The position numbers were made by a program, and so were the translations under genes. 64,000 nt of DNA, from contig JBCCZV010000003.1 in NCBI GenBank assembly GCA_039187085.1, positions 6,720 through 70,719 of the forward strand, read 5' to 3'. Shown piece after piece: positions 26,007-35,199 of the stretch (the stretch's first letter is position 1; every line of letters begins with the position of its first letter). This DNA is from Pseudomonadota bacterium. GTDB taxonomy: Bacteria; Pseudomonadota; Gammaproteobacteria; Enterobacterales; JBCCZV01. Below the pieces are notes generated by a model. It was not told where the DNA came from. It worked only from the letters and a program-made list of their open reading frames with translations, and did no database searches.

Positions 26007-27398
26007 ATGACTCACCCCCAGAGTGTGAACCTTGTCTGGTTTCGCAACGATCTACGCGTAAAAGATAATTCTGCACTTGCAGCCGCTTTAACAGAAAAGA
26101 AACCTATCATAGCAGCTTTCTTCATTTGTGAACCTCAGTGGCAATTGCACGGATGGGGTCGCCTCAAAACACAATTTGTGATGGCACACGCGCATAAACT
26201 CTCTGAATCTTTAAAAGAAAAAGGTATTGGGTTGATTGTTCGCTCTGTGAAAAGTTTTGCATTGTGTGGTCAGGAGCTACTAAAAATTTGTGAAAATTAT
26301 AACTGTGTAAAAATTTTTGCTAATCGTGAATATGAGTGGGATGAACGTAGTCGCGACATTCAGGTTACTCAGCAATTCAAAGGCACGACTATTACTACGC
26401 ATTGGTTTGATGATGGATTGGTGGTTGCACCCGGTGAAATTTTAACTAAGTCGGGTGATTATTTTAAAAAATTTACTCCTTTTAAACGTGCCTGGTTCGA
26501 AAAAGCTAACATTCACGCAATCAAACCCATTTCTCAAAATAGAAGTATTTATGATACTAGTGCGCAAAGCGAACTGGATATTTTAAGCAATTCAAATTAT
26601 TCACTGGAACAATGGCCTATTGGCGAAAAAGCTGCACAGAAAATTTTATCGCATTTTATTAAAAATAAAATTAAACAGTATGATATCCAGAGAGATTTAC
26701 CTTACGAAGAAGGAACGAGCCGAATCTCTCCTTATCTGAGTGCTGGTATCTTGGGTATTCGCGAGATTTTTTGGCAAATATTGCGACATCATAAAATCAT
26801 CAATGAGGGAATTGAAGTTTGGGTCAGCGAATTAATATGGCGTGAGTTTTATAAACACATTGTTTTTGGTTTTCCACATGTTTGTAAAAATCGACCTTTT
26901 GACTTAACCACTGAAGCCGTGCCTTGGCGTCATGCACCTGAAGAATATGAAGCATGGTGTAAGGGGCAAACAGGCTATCCTATTGTTGATGCAGGTATGC
27001 GCCAACTTAACCAAGAAGGATGGATGCATAATCGTTTAAGAATGATTTGCGCCAGTTTTCTAGCAAAGCATCTACTGATTGATTGGCGGTTGGGTGAAGC
27101 TTACTTTGCAAAGCAATTAATTGATTTTGATTTTGCAGCAAATAATGGGGGGTGGCAGTGGAGTGCATCAACCGGTACGGATGCGATGCCTTATTTTAGA
27201 ATATTTAATCCTATTTTACAGGGCAAAAAGTTTGATAAAGAAGCTGAGTATATTAAACATTACGTTCCAGAATTACAGCCATTGAAAGCTTCTGATATTT
27301 ATAAAATTCATTTGCATCCAAAAAATAACTATTTTCATCCAATTGTTCAACTAGAGGAAGGCAGAGATCGTTGTCTTCTCGCATTTAAACAGAGGTAA
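26007..27398 (+). CDS. phrB: Deoxyribodipyrimidine photolyase (CPD class I)
   Basis: 463 aa with LVWFRNDLRVKDNSAL, TSRISPYLSAG, GYPIVDAGMRQLNQEGWMHNRLRM and DFDFAANNGGWQW. Confidence 0.92.
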   Translation: MTHPQSVNLVWFRNDLRVKDNSALAAALTEKKPIIAAFFICEPQWQLHGWGRLKTQFVMAHAHKLSESLKEKGIGLIVRSVKSFALCGQELLKICENYNCVKIFANREYEWDERSRDIQVTQQFKGTTITTHWFDDGLVVAPGEILTKSGDYFKKFTPFKRAWFEKANIHAIKPISQNRSIYDTSAQSELDILSNSNYSLEQWPIGEKAAQKILSHFIKNKIKQYDIQRDLPYEEGTSRISPYLSAGILGIREIFWQILRHHKIINEGIEVWVSELIWREFYKHIVFGFPHVCKNRPFDLTTEAVPWRHAPEEYEAWCKGQTGYPIVDAGMRQLNQEGWMHNRLRMICASFLAKHLLIDWRLGEAYFAKQLIDFDFAANNGGWQWSASTGTDAMPYFRIFNPILQGKKFDKEAEYIKHYVPELQPLKASDIYKIHLHPKNNYFHPIVQLEEGRDRCLLAFKQR

Positions 27399-27402
27399 TA
27401 AT

Positions 27403-27921
27403 ATGCGCATCTTTTTAATTATCTTAACAGTACTTTTACTCTGCTCTTGCTCTTCTACCTTACAAGATTATAAGAATACGCAACCGAGTTTCACTTTAGA
27501 AAATTTCTTTAATGGTGAATTAAAAGCTTGGGGAATGTTTCAAGATCGTAGTGGTAAAGTGGTACGTCGATTTGTCGTTGATATGACCGGAACTTGGGAA
27601 GGCAATAAAGGTGTGCTCGATGAATGGTTTGTTTATGATGATGGTGAAAAGCAACGACGTACTTGGGAGCTTGAGAGGCTTGCTAACGGTCAATACAAGG
27701 GGCAGGCTGCTGATGTTGTAGGTGAGGCTTCTGGAGCGATAGAGGGTTTTGCGTTTTATTGGGAATATGTTCTGCAATTGCCCGTTGATGATACGGTTTA
27801 TAACGTAACTTTGAAAGATTGGATGTATCTGGTTGATGATAATGTTGTGATAAATGTAAGCAAAGTGAAAAAATTTGGTATTGATTTGGGTAGTGTGACA
27901 CTTTTTATTCAGAAACAGTAG
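27403..27921 (+). CDS. DUF3833-family lipoprotein
   Basis: It has a lipobox LLLCSC, and NFFNGELKAWGMFQDRSGKVVRRF...W matches my memory of the DUF3833 consensus. It starts 4 nt after the photolyase stop. Confidence 0.6.
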   Translation: MRIFLIILTVLLLCSCSSTLQDYKNTQPSFTLENFFNGELKAWGMFQDRSGKVVRRFVVDMTGTWEGNKGVLDEWFVYDDGEKQRRTWELERLANGQYKGQAADVVGEASGAIEGFAFYWEYVLQLPVDDTVYNVTLKDWMYLVDDNVVINVSKVKKFGIDLGSVTLFIQKQ

Positions 27922-28056
27922 TCAATATTTAATCACTGCATTGATTAAGAGCAAAATTGAATCTGTTTTGGCATCAGAACAAAATTTGTCAGATTTTCCT
28001 GCGCCGAGAAGGCGTGTTATGATGCGAGCTGTTTGTAAATAGGGTTTGGTCTCTCT

Positions 28057-28761
28057 ATGAAGTTCCCGCATTCCATTCAAAAAATAGCTGAAATTGAATC
28101 TTGTTTTCCTCAAAAATTTGGTGTGCCTCGGCAGCCACGTTTGGTCAGTGCCGCACAAGGTTGGGTTATTATAGAGCCTGACTACAATAGAGAGGAAGCG
28201 TTTCGTGAACTTGAATCTTTTAGCCATATTTGGCTGTTATTTGTTTTTCATGAATGTGTGCAAGAACAATGGCAACCTATGATTCGACCACCTCGACTAG
28301 GTGGTAATAAAAAAGTGGGTGTCTTTGCCAGTCGTTCTACCTTTCGACCGAATTCTTTGGGAATGTCAGTCGTAAAGCTCAATAGCTTTACCCAGAGACG
28401 TGGTCGTATTGCTTTATGTGTGAGTGAGCTAGATCTGATTTCCGGCACACCCATTATCGACATAAAACCTTACTTGCCTTATAGCGATTGTATTAACGAT
28501 GCCTCCCAAGGTTATGCGCCTGATCCGCGTCATGAACAACTGCAGGTTGTCTTAAGCTCCCAAGCTCAAACTCAATTAAAATCTTTTAAAAAAAATTATC
28601 CAAACTTTGAAGCGCTCATTATTCAAGTGCTGTCCCAAGATCCGCGCCCAAGTTACAAAGATGCATATGATAAGTCTTATGGCATCACACTGTATGATGT
28701 CAACATCAAATGGCGTGTTCAAGGAAATAACGTTTTTGTTGAATCACTCAAACGTGTTTAA
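28057..28761 (+). CDS. trmO: tRNA (t6A37-N6)-methyltransferase TrmO (YaeB/TsaA family)
   Basis: 234 aa with IESCFPQKFGVPRQPRL, FSHIWLLFVFH, RPPRLGGNKKVGVFASRSTFRPN and GTPIIDIKPYLPY. Confidence 0.85.
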   Translation: MKFPHSIQKIAEIESCFPQKFGVPRQPRLVSAAQGWVIIEPDYNREEAFRELESFSHIWLLFVFHECVQEQWQPMIRPPRLGGNKKVGVFASRSTFRPNSLGMSVVKLNSFTQRRGRIALCVSELDLISGTPIIDIKPYLPYSDCINDASQGYAPDPRHEQLQVVLSSQAQTQLKSFKKNYPNFEALIIQVLSQDPRPSYKDAYDKSYGITLYDVNIKWRVQGNNVFVESLKRV

Positions 28762-29891
28762 GCGTCTCTAGGGTGCATTTTTTGAACGGTTCGGATTAAT
28801 TTATAGGGATGTTGCATGTTTCGGGTTTGACGATTCGTAGTTGTCTGTTGGTCAATGGCCCAATGAAGATGTTCATCGACTAAAGCTGAAACTTGGCCGA
28901 CTTGTTTTTTTAGCGCTTCGATAATGACATCCGATGTCGGTGCATTGCCTAAAGCCACAGCTAAATTACGTTGCCACCGTTCGTAGCCAATGCGTCTAAT
29001 AGAGTTGCCGCTAAAGTTATTCAAGAACTCTTCTTCTGTCCATCCAAATAAGTCTAATAAGTTTATCCAGTCCAAACTATGTCGTGGTTGAAAATCCTTC
29101 TCTTCGGTAAGTGAAGAAAATCGATTCCATGGGCAGACTAATTGGCAATCATCACACCCATAAATTCGGTTGCCTATGGCATGACGTAATTCCATAGGAA
29201 TGCTGCCATGGTGTTCTATCGTTAAGTAAGAGATACAGCGAGTTGCGTTTAATTCATAGGGGCCTGTAAAAGCTTGAGTTGGGCAAATGTCCAAACATGC
29301 TCGACATGCACCGCAAGCATCCTCTACAGGTGCATCAAGAGGCAGTGGCAAGTTAGTAAAAATTTCGCCTAAAAAGAACCATGAACCAGCATTTTTATTA
29401 ATTAATAATGTATTTTTACCGATCCACCCTAGACCAGACTTTTGAGCAATGACCCGTTCTAGCACAGGAGCACTATCAACGAATACTCGATAATCATGAG
29501 TGTTGATGGCTTGAGAAATACGCTTTGCCAATTTATCGAGTCGTTTACGCATTAGCTTGTGGTAATCGCGGCCTAATGCATAGCGTGAAATGATAGCTTT
29601 GTTGGGATCGGAGAGCACTTGAGAAAACTTAGCATCTTCGGGTAGGTAATTTAAACGTACTGATAAAACTCGTAAGGTGCCCGGTTTTAACTTCTCAGGC
29701 GAGGCCCGTAAGTCTAAATTTTCAGCTAAATAATACATATCTCCATGATAACCTTTAGCGATCCAGTGTTGATGAGCTGTAGCCGCATCTTTTAGTTGCG
29801 TGTCAGATACCTTGATATCCTGGAATCCAAGGTCATTAGCCCACGTGATGATTTGGGATTTAAGCAGTTTGAAATCAGTGTTATGATGCAT
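28758..29891 (-). CDS. queG: Epoxyqueuosine reductase
   Basis: 377 aa with two 4Fe-4S motifs (CGACRACLDICPTQAF; CDDCQLVCPWN) and a HEAT-like tail. It is divergent from nnr, as in E. coli yjeS/yjeF. Confidence 0.92.
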   Translation of the reverse strand: MHHNTDFKLLKSQIITWANDLGFQDIKVSDTQLKDAATAHQHWIAKGYHGDMYYLAENLDLRASPEKLKPGTLRVLSVRLNYLPEDAKFSQVLSDPNKAIISRYALGRDYHKLMRKRLDKLAKRISQAINTHDYRVFVDSAPVLERVIAQKSGLGWIGKNTLLINKNAGSWFFLGEIFTNLPLPLDAPVEDACGACRACLDICPTQAFTGPYELNATRCISYLTIEHHGSIPMELRHAIGNRIYGCDDCQLVCPWNRFSSLTEEKDFQPRHSLDWINLLDLFGWTEEEFLNNFSGNSIRRIGYERWQRNLAVALGNAPTSDVIIEALKKQVGQVSALVDEHLHWAIDQQTTTNRQTRNMQHPYKLIRTVQKMHPRDA

Positions 29892-29920
29892 TATCTAACA
29901 GTTACTCCGAAAGCGGCTAT

Positions 29921-31435
29921 ATGATTATGCCTGTTAACTCTCGATCTTTATATTCTTCTTTACAAGTTCGGCAGCTAGAACGGGAATATGCGGCTAACAC
30001 ATCTACCTCTACTTATGCCTTAATGGAAAAAGCAGGTCAAAGCCTCTGGCAGCATGTTCAGCAACAATATCCTAAAGCAAGCAACATTGTAGTGTGTTGC
30101 GGAAGAGGGAACAACGCTGGTGATGGTTTTGTCTTAGCACGTTTAGCAGCGAACGCTAAATTAAGTGTACAAGTTATTATTATTAATAAAAATTTTGAGT
30201 ACACAGGGGACGCGCAGCGAGCTTATACCTCAATTATTGATTTGATCACTACCGAACCTGAACGAAAAACCTATGCGATTAACAATGCCGATGTCATAGT
30301 CGATGCTTTACTCGGAACAGGTTTTCGTAGTCCTCTAGAACCTGAATTTATTGAGCTTATTCATCAAATAAACACGGCAAAAGCGCCCACGATTGCCGTT
30401 GACCTACCCTCTGGCCTTAATGCCGATTCAGGCGCAGTCAATGAAGTTGCTGTTAAGGCACACACTACAGTCACTTTTATTGGTATTAAGCCTGGATTAG
30501 TGACAGCTAAAGGTTTGGATTATTGTGGTGTTTTACGACTGGAGACTTTGGAGGTTGACACAGTTCACACAATACCCTTTGCGCATTGGCTAAGTTATGA
30601 CGATTACAAAAATCGATTAAAAAAAAGAGAGCTAGACTCAAATAAAGGTGACTATGGTCATTTATTGGCCATAGGCGGTGATCAAGGAATGTCGGGTGCT
30701 ATAAAATTGGCGAGCTTAGCTGCACTTAGAACAGGGCCTGGTTGGCTGTCAATGCTAACGCACCCTGCACATTCATCCTTTCTTGCCTTTGATCAACCAG
30801 AAATTATGGTAAAAGCTTTTGACGAACAGATTCATGACTCTGCACAAAATTTGCTCGCAAGTTTACTTAAAAAATCAACCAGTATTTTGCTCGGTCCAGG
30901 TTTGGGTCAGAATGATTGGTCTAGAAAAATTTTTAAACAAACGATAACATCCAATAAAAGAATGGTATTAGATGCTGATGCATTGAATTTGTTAGCACAA
31001 AATCCAGTGAAAAAAAATTGTTGGATATTAACGCCTCATCCGGGCGAAGCAGCAAGTTTACTTGGTTGTTCAACCCGAGAAATACAAAATCAGAGGTTTG
31101 AAGCGGCTCAAGAGATAGCACGGCGTTATGGAGGTATAGTGGTTCTTAAGGGAGCAGGATCTATTGTATTTTCTAAAAAAGATCAAAATCCTCGTAAGCT
31201 GGTATGCCGTGGAGGAAATCCAGGTATGGCCACAGGGGGAATGGGAGATCTGCTTGCCGGTATTATTGCAGGATTGCTGACGACAGGTTATGAGTTACTT
31301 ACCGCGGCCGAACTTGGCGTTTTATTGCATGCAAGGGCTGGCGATATGAGTGCTGAGAAGGAAGGAACTATCGGCATGCTCGCATCTGATCTTATTCCTT
31401 TTATTCGAGTTTTAATGAATCACCCGTCTGTGTAA
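29921..31435 (+). CDS. nnr: Bifunctional NAD(P)H-hydrate epimerase / ADP-dependent dehydratase
   Basis: The N-terminus is YjeF_N-like (CGRGNNAGDGFVLARLA). The C-terminus is a carbohydrate-kinase-like dehydratase (KGDYGHLLAIGG, GNPGMATGGMGDLLAGIIAG). ATG 29927 is an alternative start. Confidence 0.9.
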   Translation: MIMPVNSRSLYSSLQVRQLEREYAANTSTSTYALMEKAGQSLWQHVQQQYPKASNIVVCCGRGNNAGDGFVLARLAANAKLSVQVIIINKNFEYTGDAQRAYTSIIDLITTEPERKTYAINNADVIVDALLGTGFRSPLEPEFIELIHQINTAKAPTIAVDLPSGLNADSGAVNEVAVKAHTTVTFIGIKPGLVTAKGLDYCGVLRLETLEVDTVHTIPFAHWLSYDDYKNRLKKRELDSNKGDYGHLLAIGGDQGMSGAIKLASLAALRTGPGWLSMLTHPAHSSFLAFDQPEIMVKAFDEQIHDSAQNLLASLLKKSTSILLGPGLGQNDWSRKIFKQTITSNKRMVLDADALNLLAQNPVKKNCWILTPHPGEAASLLGCSTREIQNQRFEAAQEIARRYGGIVVLKGAGSIVFSKKDQNPRKLVCRGGNPGMATGGMGDLLAGIIAGLLTTGYELLTAAELGVLLHARAGDMSAEKEGTIGMLASDLIPFIRVLMNHPSV

Positions 31436-31479
31436 ATTTCATGAGGTGATTTTCACGCTTAAATCAAGTTGAATGTTGT

Positions 31480-31980
31480 ATGCAAGAATCAAAACAAATG
31501 TGTTCTCAGCCGATAATACTGGCCTCAGAAAAACACACGGAACAATTCGGTGCTTTTTTTGCCAAAAATGTAAAAAACCCTACGGTAATTTTTTTAGATG
31601 GGGATTTAGGTGCTGGAAAAACCACCTTTTCCAGAGGTTTTTTACGAGGTCTAGGGTATTCAGGAAGTGTTAAGAGTCCAACATATACCTTAGTTGAAGG
31701 TTATCCTCTAGAAGCTTTTTCAGTTTATCATTTTGACTTATATCGTATCGCGGATCCCGATGAGTTGTTGTTCATCGGGCTAGATACATTTTTTACTGAT
31801 ACTTCCATCTGTTTGGTGGAATGGCCTGAAAAAGGCCTTGGATACCTGCCGGTACCCAACTTTACGGTTAAACTCTGTTATACTGACGCCAAAAGAAGGG
31901 TAAAAATAATCGCCAAGGAATCGTTTGATCTGGAATGGCTTGCAAATTGGCATACATACTCTGAACTGTTTGATGACTAA
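31480..31980 (+). CDS. tsaE: tRNA t6A37 biosynthesis ATPase TsaE (YjeE)
   Basis: 166 aa with the P-loop GDLGAGKTTFSRGFLRGLG, plus SPTYTLVEGY and HFDLYR. Confidence 0.9.
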   Translation: MQESKQMCSQPIILASEKHTEQFGAFFAKNVKNPTVIFLDGDLGAGKTTFSRGFLRGLGYSGSVKSPTYTLVEGYPLEAFSVYHFDLYRIADPDELLFIGLDTFFTDTSICLVEWPEKGLGYLPVPNFTVKLCYTDAKRRVKIIAKESFDLEWLANWHTYSELFDD

Positions 31981-33340
31981 TCTTATTGTGAATACAACAA
32001 AATTATTTTTGCTTCATAGCTGGCAATCTGCGTTCGCCTGTTGGACGTTACTTCTCGTTTTCTTTTTTCACCCTTCAACTTTAGTTGCTGCAGAAATTAA
32101 AGGTGTGCGTTTGTGGCAATCCCCCGAAAGTACAAGGGTGGTTTTTGATTTAAGCTCCCCGGTACAATACAAATTGTATCCATTAGAAAGCCCCGAGCGA
32201 ATTGTCATCGATTTTTCAGAATCGAATATGCCAATCAATTTGGACTCCTTAAATTTAGCTAAGAGTGTTGTGGGAAAGATCAGAACTGCTTCTGCGGGTA
32301 AAAATAAATCTCAAACACGCGTTGTACTGGATTTGAAGCGAAAAATGCGGCCGAATAGTTTTGCTTTAGAGCCTTTCAAACAATATGGTCATCGTCTGGT
32401 TATTGATTTATTTGAGCTAAATAAGAAGTTGCCGGAAAAAAGCCGGCCTAAGAAGCAGTTGGTGAACAAAAAAAGAGATATTGTGGTAGCCATCGATCCT
32501 GGTCACGGAGGGGAAGATCCGGGGGCTATAGGAGCAACAGGCACGCATGAAAAAATTATCACCTTGGCAGTATCCAAACGACTCAAAAAACTGATTGATA
32601 AAGAGCCAGGAATGCGAGCTGTTTTAACAAGAACAGGCGATTATTTTATCAGGCTTAGAAAGCGCCAGGAAATCGCACGTAAACATAAAGCGGACTTATT
32701 TGTTTCTATTCATGCTGATAGTTTTCCGGATAAACGCGCCAAGGGGGCATCTGTATGGGTGGTTTCTAATAAAGGTGCTCGTTCTGAAGTGGGGCGATGG
32801 CTTGAGCAGAAAGAAAGTGCTTCTGATTTACTTGGGGGGGTTGAACAGATCAGCGATAAAGATCCTGTGCTCGCAGAGTTATTGCTAGAGCTCTCTATGG
32901 ATTATTCGGTTGGTGAAAGCTTTGGAGTGGCACAATCAGTCATTAAGAGTATGGCTCCTTATGTTTATAAAGTGCATCGTAAAACTGTTCAAGAGGCTGG
33001 TTTTGTGGTTTTGAAAGCGCCAGATATTACCTCAATACTGATTGAGGGGGCTTTTATATCTAATCCTAAAGAAGAGAAGTTGCTAAAAACAGCGAGTTAT
33101 CAACAAAAACTGGCGAAAGGCATTTTTAAAGGTATCAAGCAATATTATCGTGTAAATCCACCTGAGGGTACGCTCTACGCTGAACTTGTCAAATCACGTG
33201 GTAAGCAGCATACCATTCAAAAAGGTGAAACTTTGTCGCATCTTGCCAAAAAATTTGGTACTACGGTTAATGCGATTCGTGATGAAAATCGCCTCAAAAA
33301 TGACCGAGTTTTTGAGGGACAAACGATTACTATTCCTTAG
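31973..33340 (+). CDS. amiB: N-acetylmuramoyl-L-alanine amidase (AMIN - Amidase_3 - LysM)
   Basis: The start ATG 31973 overlaps the tsaE stop (ATGACTAA). It has an AMIN-like N-terminus (IKGVRLWQSPESTRVVFDLS), catalytic VVAIDPGHGGEDPGA ... SIHADS, and a C-terminal LysM (HTIQKGETLSHLAKKFGTTVNAI). The tsaE-amiB-mutL synteny is kept. Confidence 0.9.
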   Translation: MTNLIVNTTKLFLLHSWQSAFACWTLLLVFFFHPSTLVAAEIKGVRLWQSPESTRVVFDLSSPVQYKLYPLESPERIVIDFSESNMPINLDSLNLAKSVVGKIRTASAGKNKSQTRVVLDLKRKMRPNSFALEPFKQYGHRLVIDLFELNKKLPEKSRPKKQLVNKKRDIVVAIDPGHGGEDPGAIGATGTHEKIITLAVSKRLKKLIDKEPGMRAVLTRTGDYFIRLRKRQEIARKHKADLFVSIHADSFPDKRAKGASVWVVSNKGARSEVGRWLEQKESASDLLGGVEQISDKDPVLAELLLELSMDYSVGESFGVAQSVIKSMAPYVYKVHRKTVQEAGFVVLKAPDITSILIEGAFISNPKEEKLLKTASYQQKLAKGIFKGIKQYYRVNPPEGTLYAELVKSRGKQHTIQKGETLSHLAKKFGTTVNAIRDENRLKNDRVFEGQTITIP

Positions 33341-33375
33341 CAATGTTCATACTATAATCGTTTGGTTGTGCATTG

Positions 33376-35196
33376 ATGAAACGTATCCACAAAATGGACA
33401 ATCTACTGTCCAACCAAATTGCAGCTGGAGAAGTTGTTGATAGACCGGCTTCAGTGGTTAAAGAGTTGGTCGAAAATAGCTTAGATGCTGGTTCAACACG
33501 CATTCTGATTGAAATAGAAGGCGCAGGTAGCCAATTAATTCGGATTACAGATAATGGCTATGGCATTCACCCCCAAGATTTATTGTTAGCTGTTTCAACT
33601 CATGCAACGAGTAAAATCACCACTATCGAAGATTTAGAAACATTAGATTCGATGGGGTTTCGAGGAGAAGCTCTAGCCAGCATTGCTTCTGTTTCTCGCT
33701 TTCTTCTAACTTCAAAAAGACAAGGTGAAAAGCAAGCTTGGCAAGTTCGTGTCCAAGGGCGAGATATAGAAAAAAACGTGTTGCCAGCAGCGGGAGCAGA
33801 AGGCACGCAAATTGAAGTGCGTGATTTATTTTTTAATACGCCCGCTCGTCGCCGTTTTTTGAAATCTGAGAAAACCGAGCTTAATCACATAGAAGAAACA
33901 GTCAAGCGTTTTGCTTTATCGAATCCTTCGTTACAAATCCAATTAAAAAACTATAACAAAGTGATCAAGCAATTTCGGGTACCTCATGTGCAGCCGAAAA
34001 CACATCGTATTAAAGAAGTCTTAGGAAAAAAATTTTTAGAGCATTCTATAGAATTTGAAGCGCGCTCAGAAAATCGAAGCCTTACGGGTTGGCTTGGCGT
34101 GCCAGATTTGCACAGAAGTAATAATGAAAGCCAGCATTTTTTTATTAACGGGCGAGTGATTCGTGATAAATTATTAACACATGCTGTTAAAGTCGCTTAT
34201 TCTCAATATTTGCCCGAAGGGCGCCTTCCTTGCTATGCACTGTTTCTACAAATACCATCTCAAGATGTGGATGTAAATGTACATCCAACCAAGCATGAAG
34301 TTCGTTTTAAACAGGCGAAACAAGTACATGATTTTATTGCTTTTGCTGTTGAACAAAATTTAGCTAAAGCGCCGGTAAAACAGCAAAATTCTGCAAGTCA
34401 TGCGGTAAATGCACTAAAAAAAGACGTTTTAAAAGAACCACCTGTACAGTACCGAGTAAGTCGTTCGTTAGCTCAATCCACTCCTTCGCGTCCAATCGCT
34501 ACAAGTCAGGTATTACGTGAAAAAACAGCATTTGAAAGAGCGCTGTTAACTTTACCATCAGAACCTGTAAAAAACAGTAACAAAAAAAATAGTTATGACT
34601 TAATTCCTCTATTTGATGATTGGGTTTTGTTGCGTTGTACAGCTAAGCCTTATTTAGGAGTTATTAGCTTACACAATGCTTTGAAACAGTTAATTCTCAT
34701 GCAGTGGGATCAAGAATTGGAAAATGACAAAAATAATATCGATGTAAAAAATATCTGCCCTCTACTTTTCCCTGAGCGTGTCTATATTGCATCGGAATTG
34801 GCTGAAAAAGTTGCACAAATACGTGCGCAACTCAAAACACAAGGCTTAGGTTACCATGTTCTGGGAGCTCATCATGGAAAGGCTGAATTGGTGCTATGGG
34901 GTATTCCTTTGTGTTTATCAAGTTTTCCAATCACTATTTTTGAAATGAGTAAATGTTTCGCCAAAGCACAAGCTTTAACGCAATGGGAGGACAGTAGTGA
35001 CAAGATGACTAATCGACTTAAGTCCGAGTGGATTGATCAAATGCTGGGCACAATGAAGTCGGATACAATCTCTCTTGTGGCGTTTCTAGAATCAACTTTG
35101 ACCACAAGTGCAGCCATTGATGAGCTTGTGCAAAATCCTGAGAGTTTTAAGCCTCTTGATAGAGAGGCAGTTCGTTATTGGATGGGAATTAAATAG
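33376..35196 (+). CDS. mutL: DNA mismatch repair protein MutL
   Basis: It has the GHKL N-terminus NQIAAGEVVDRPASVVKELVENSLDAG, DNGYGI, and GFRGEALASI. ATG 33376 (MKRIHKMDNLLSNQIAAGEV) is preferred over TTG 33373. Confidence 0.94.
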   Translation: MKRIHKMDNLLSNQIAAGEVVDRPASVVKELVENSLDAGSTRILIEIEGAGSQLIRITDNGYGIHPQDLLLAVSTHATSKITTIEDLETLDSMGFRGEALASIASVSRFLLTSKRQGEKQAWQVRVQGRDIEKNVLPAAGAEGTQIEVRDLFFNTPARRRFLKSEKTELNHIEETVKRFALSNPSLQIQLKNYNKVIKQFRVPHVQPKTHRIKEVLGKKFLEHSIEFEARSENRSLTGWLGVPDLHRSNNESQHFFINGRVIRDKLLTHAVKVAYSQYLPEGRLPCYALFLQIPSQDVDVNVHPTKHEVRFKQAKQVHDFIAFAVEQNLAKAPVKQQNSASHAVNALKKDVLKEPPVQYRVSRSLAQSTPSRPIATSQVLREKTAFERALLTLPSEPVKNSNKKNSYDLIPLFDDWVLLRCTAKPYLGVISLHNALKQLILMQWDQELENDKNNIDVKNICPLLFPERVYIASELAEKVAQIRAQLKTQGLGYHVLGAHHGKAELVLWGIPLCLSSFPITIFEMSKCFAKAQALTQWEDSSDKMTNRLKSEWIDQMLGTMKSDTISLVAFLESTLTTSAAIDELVQNPESFKPLDREAVRYWMGIK

Positions 35197-35199
35197 ATT

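Noticed and set aside
27922-28227. This is a 101-aa minus-strand ORF overlapping the trmO start region.
   Set aside because: It overlaps the well-supported N-terminus of TrmO (FGVPRQPRL motif region). It has no SD and its sequence has no recognisable features.
29892-29920. The divergent queG and nnr start codons are separated by only 29 nt.
   Set aside because: This is unusual-looking, but the same tight divergent arrangement is the conserved yjeS/yjeF layout. The promoters presumably lie within the coding regions, and nothing further can be supported from sequence.
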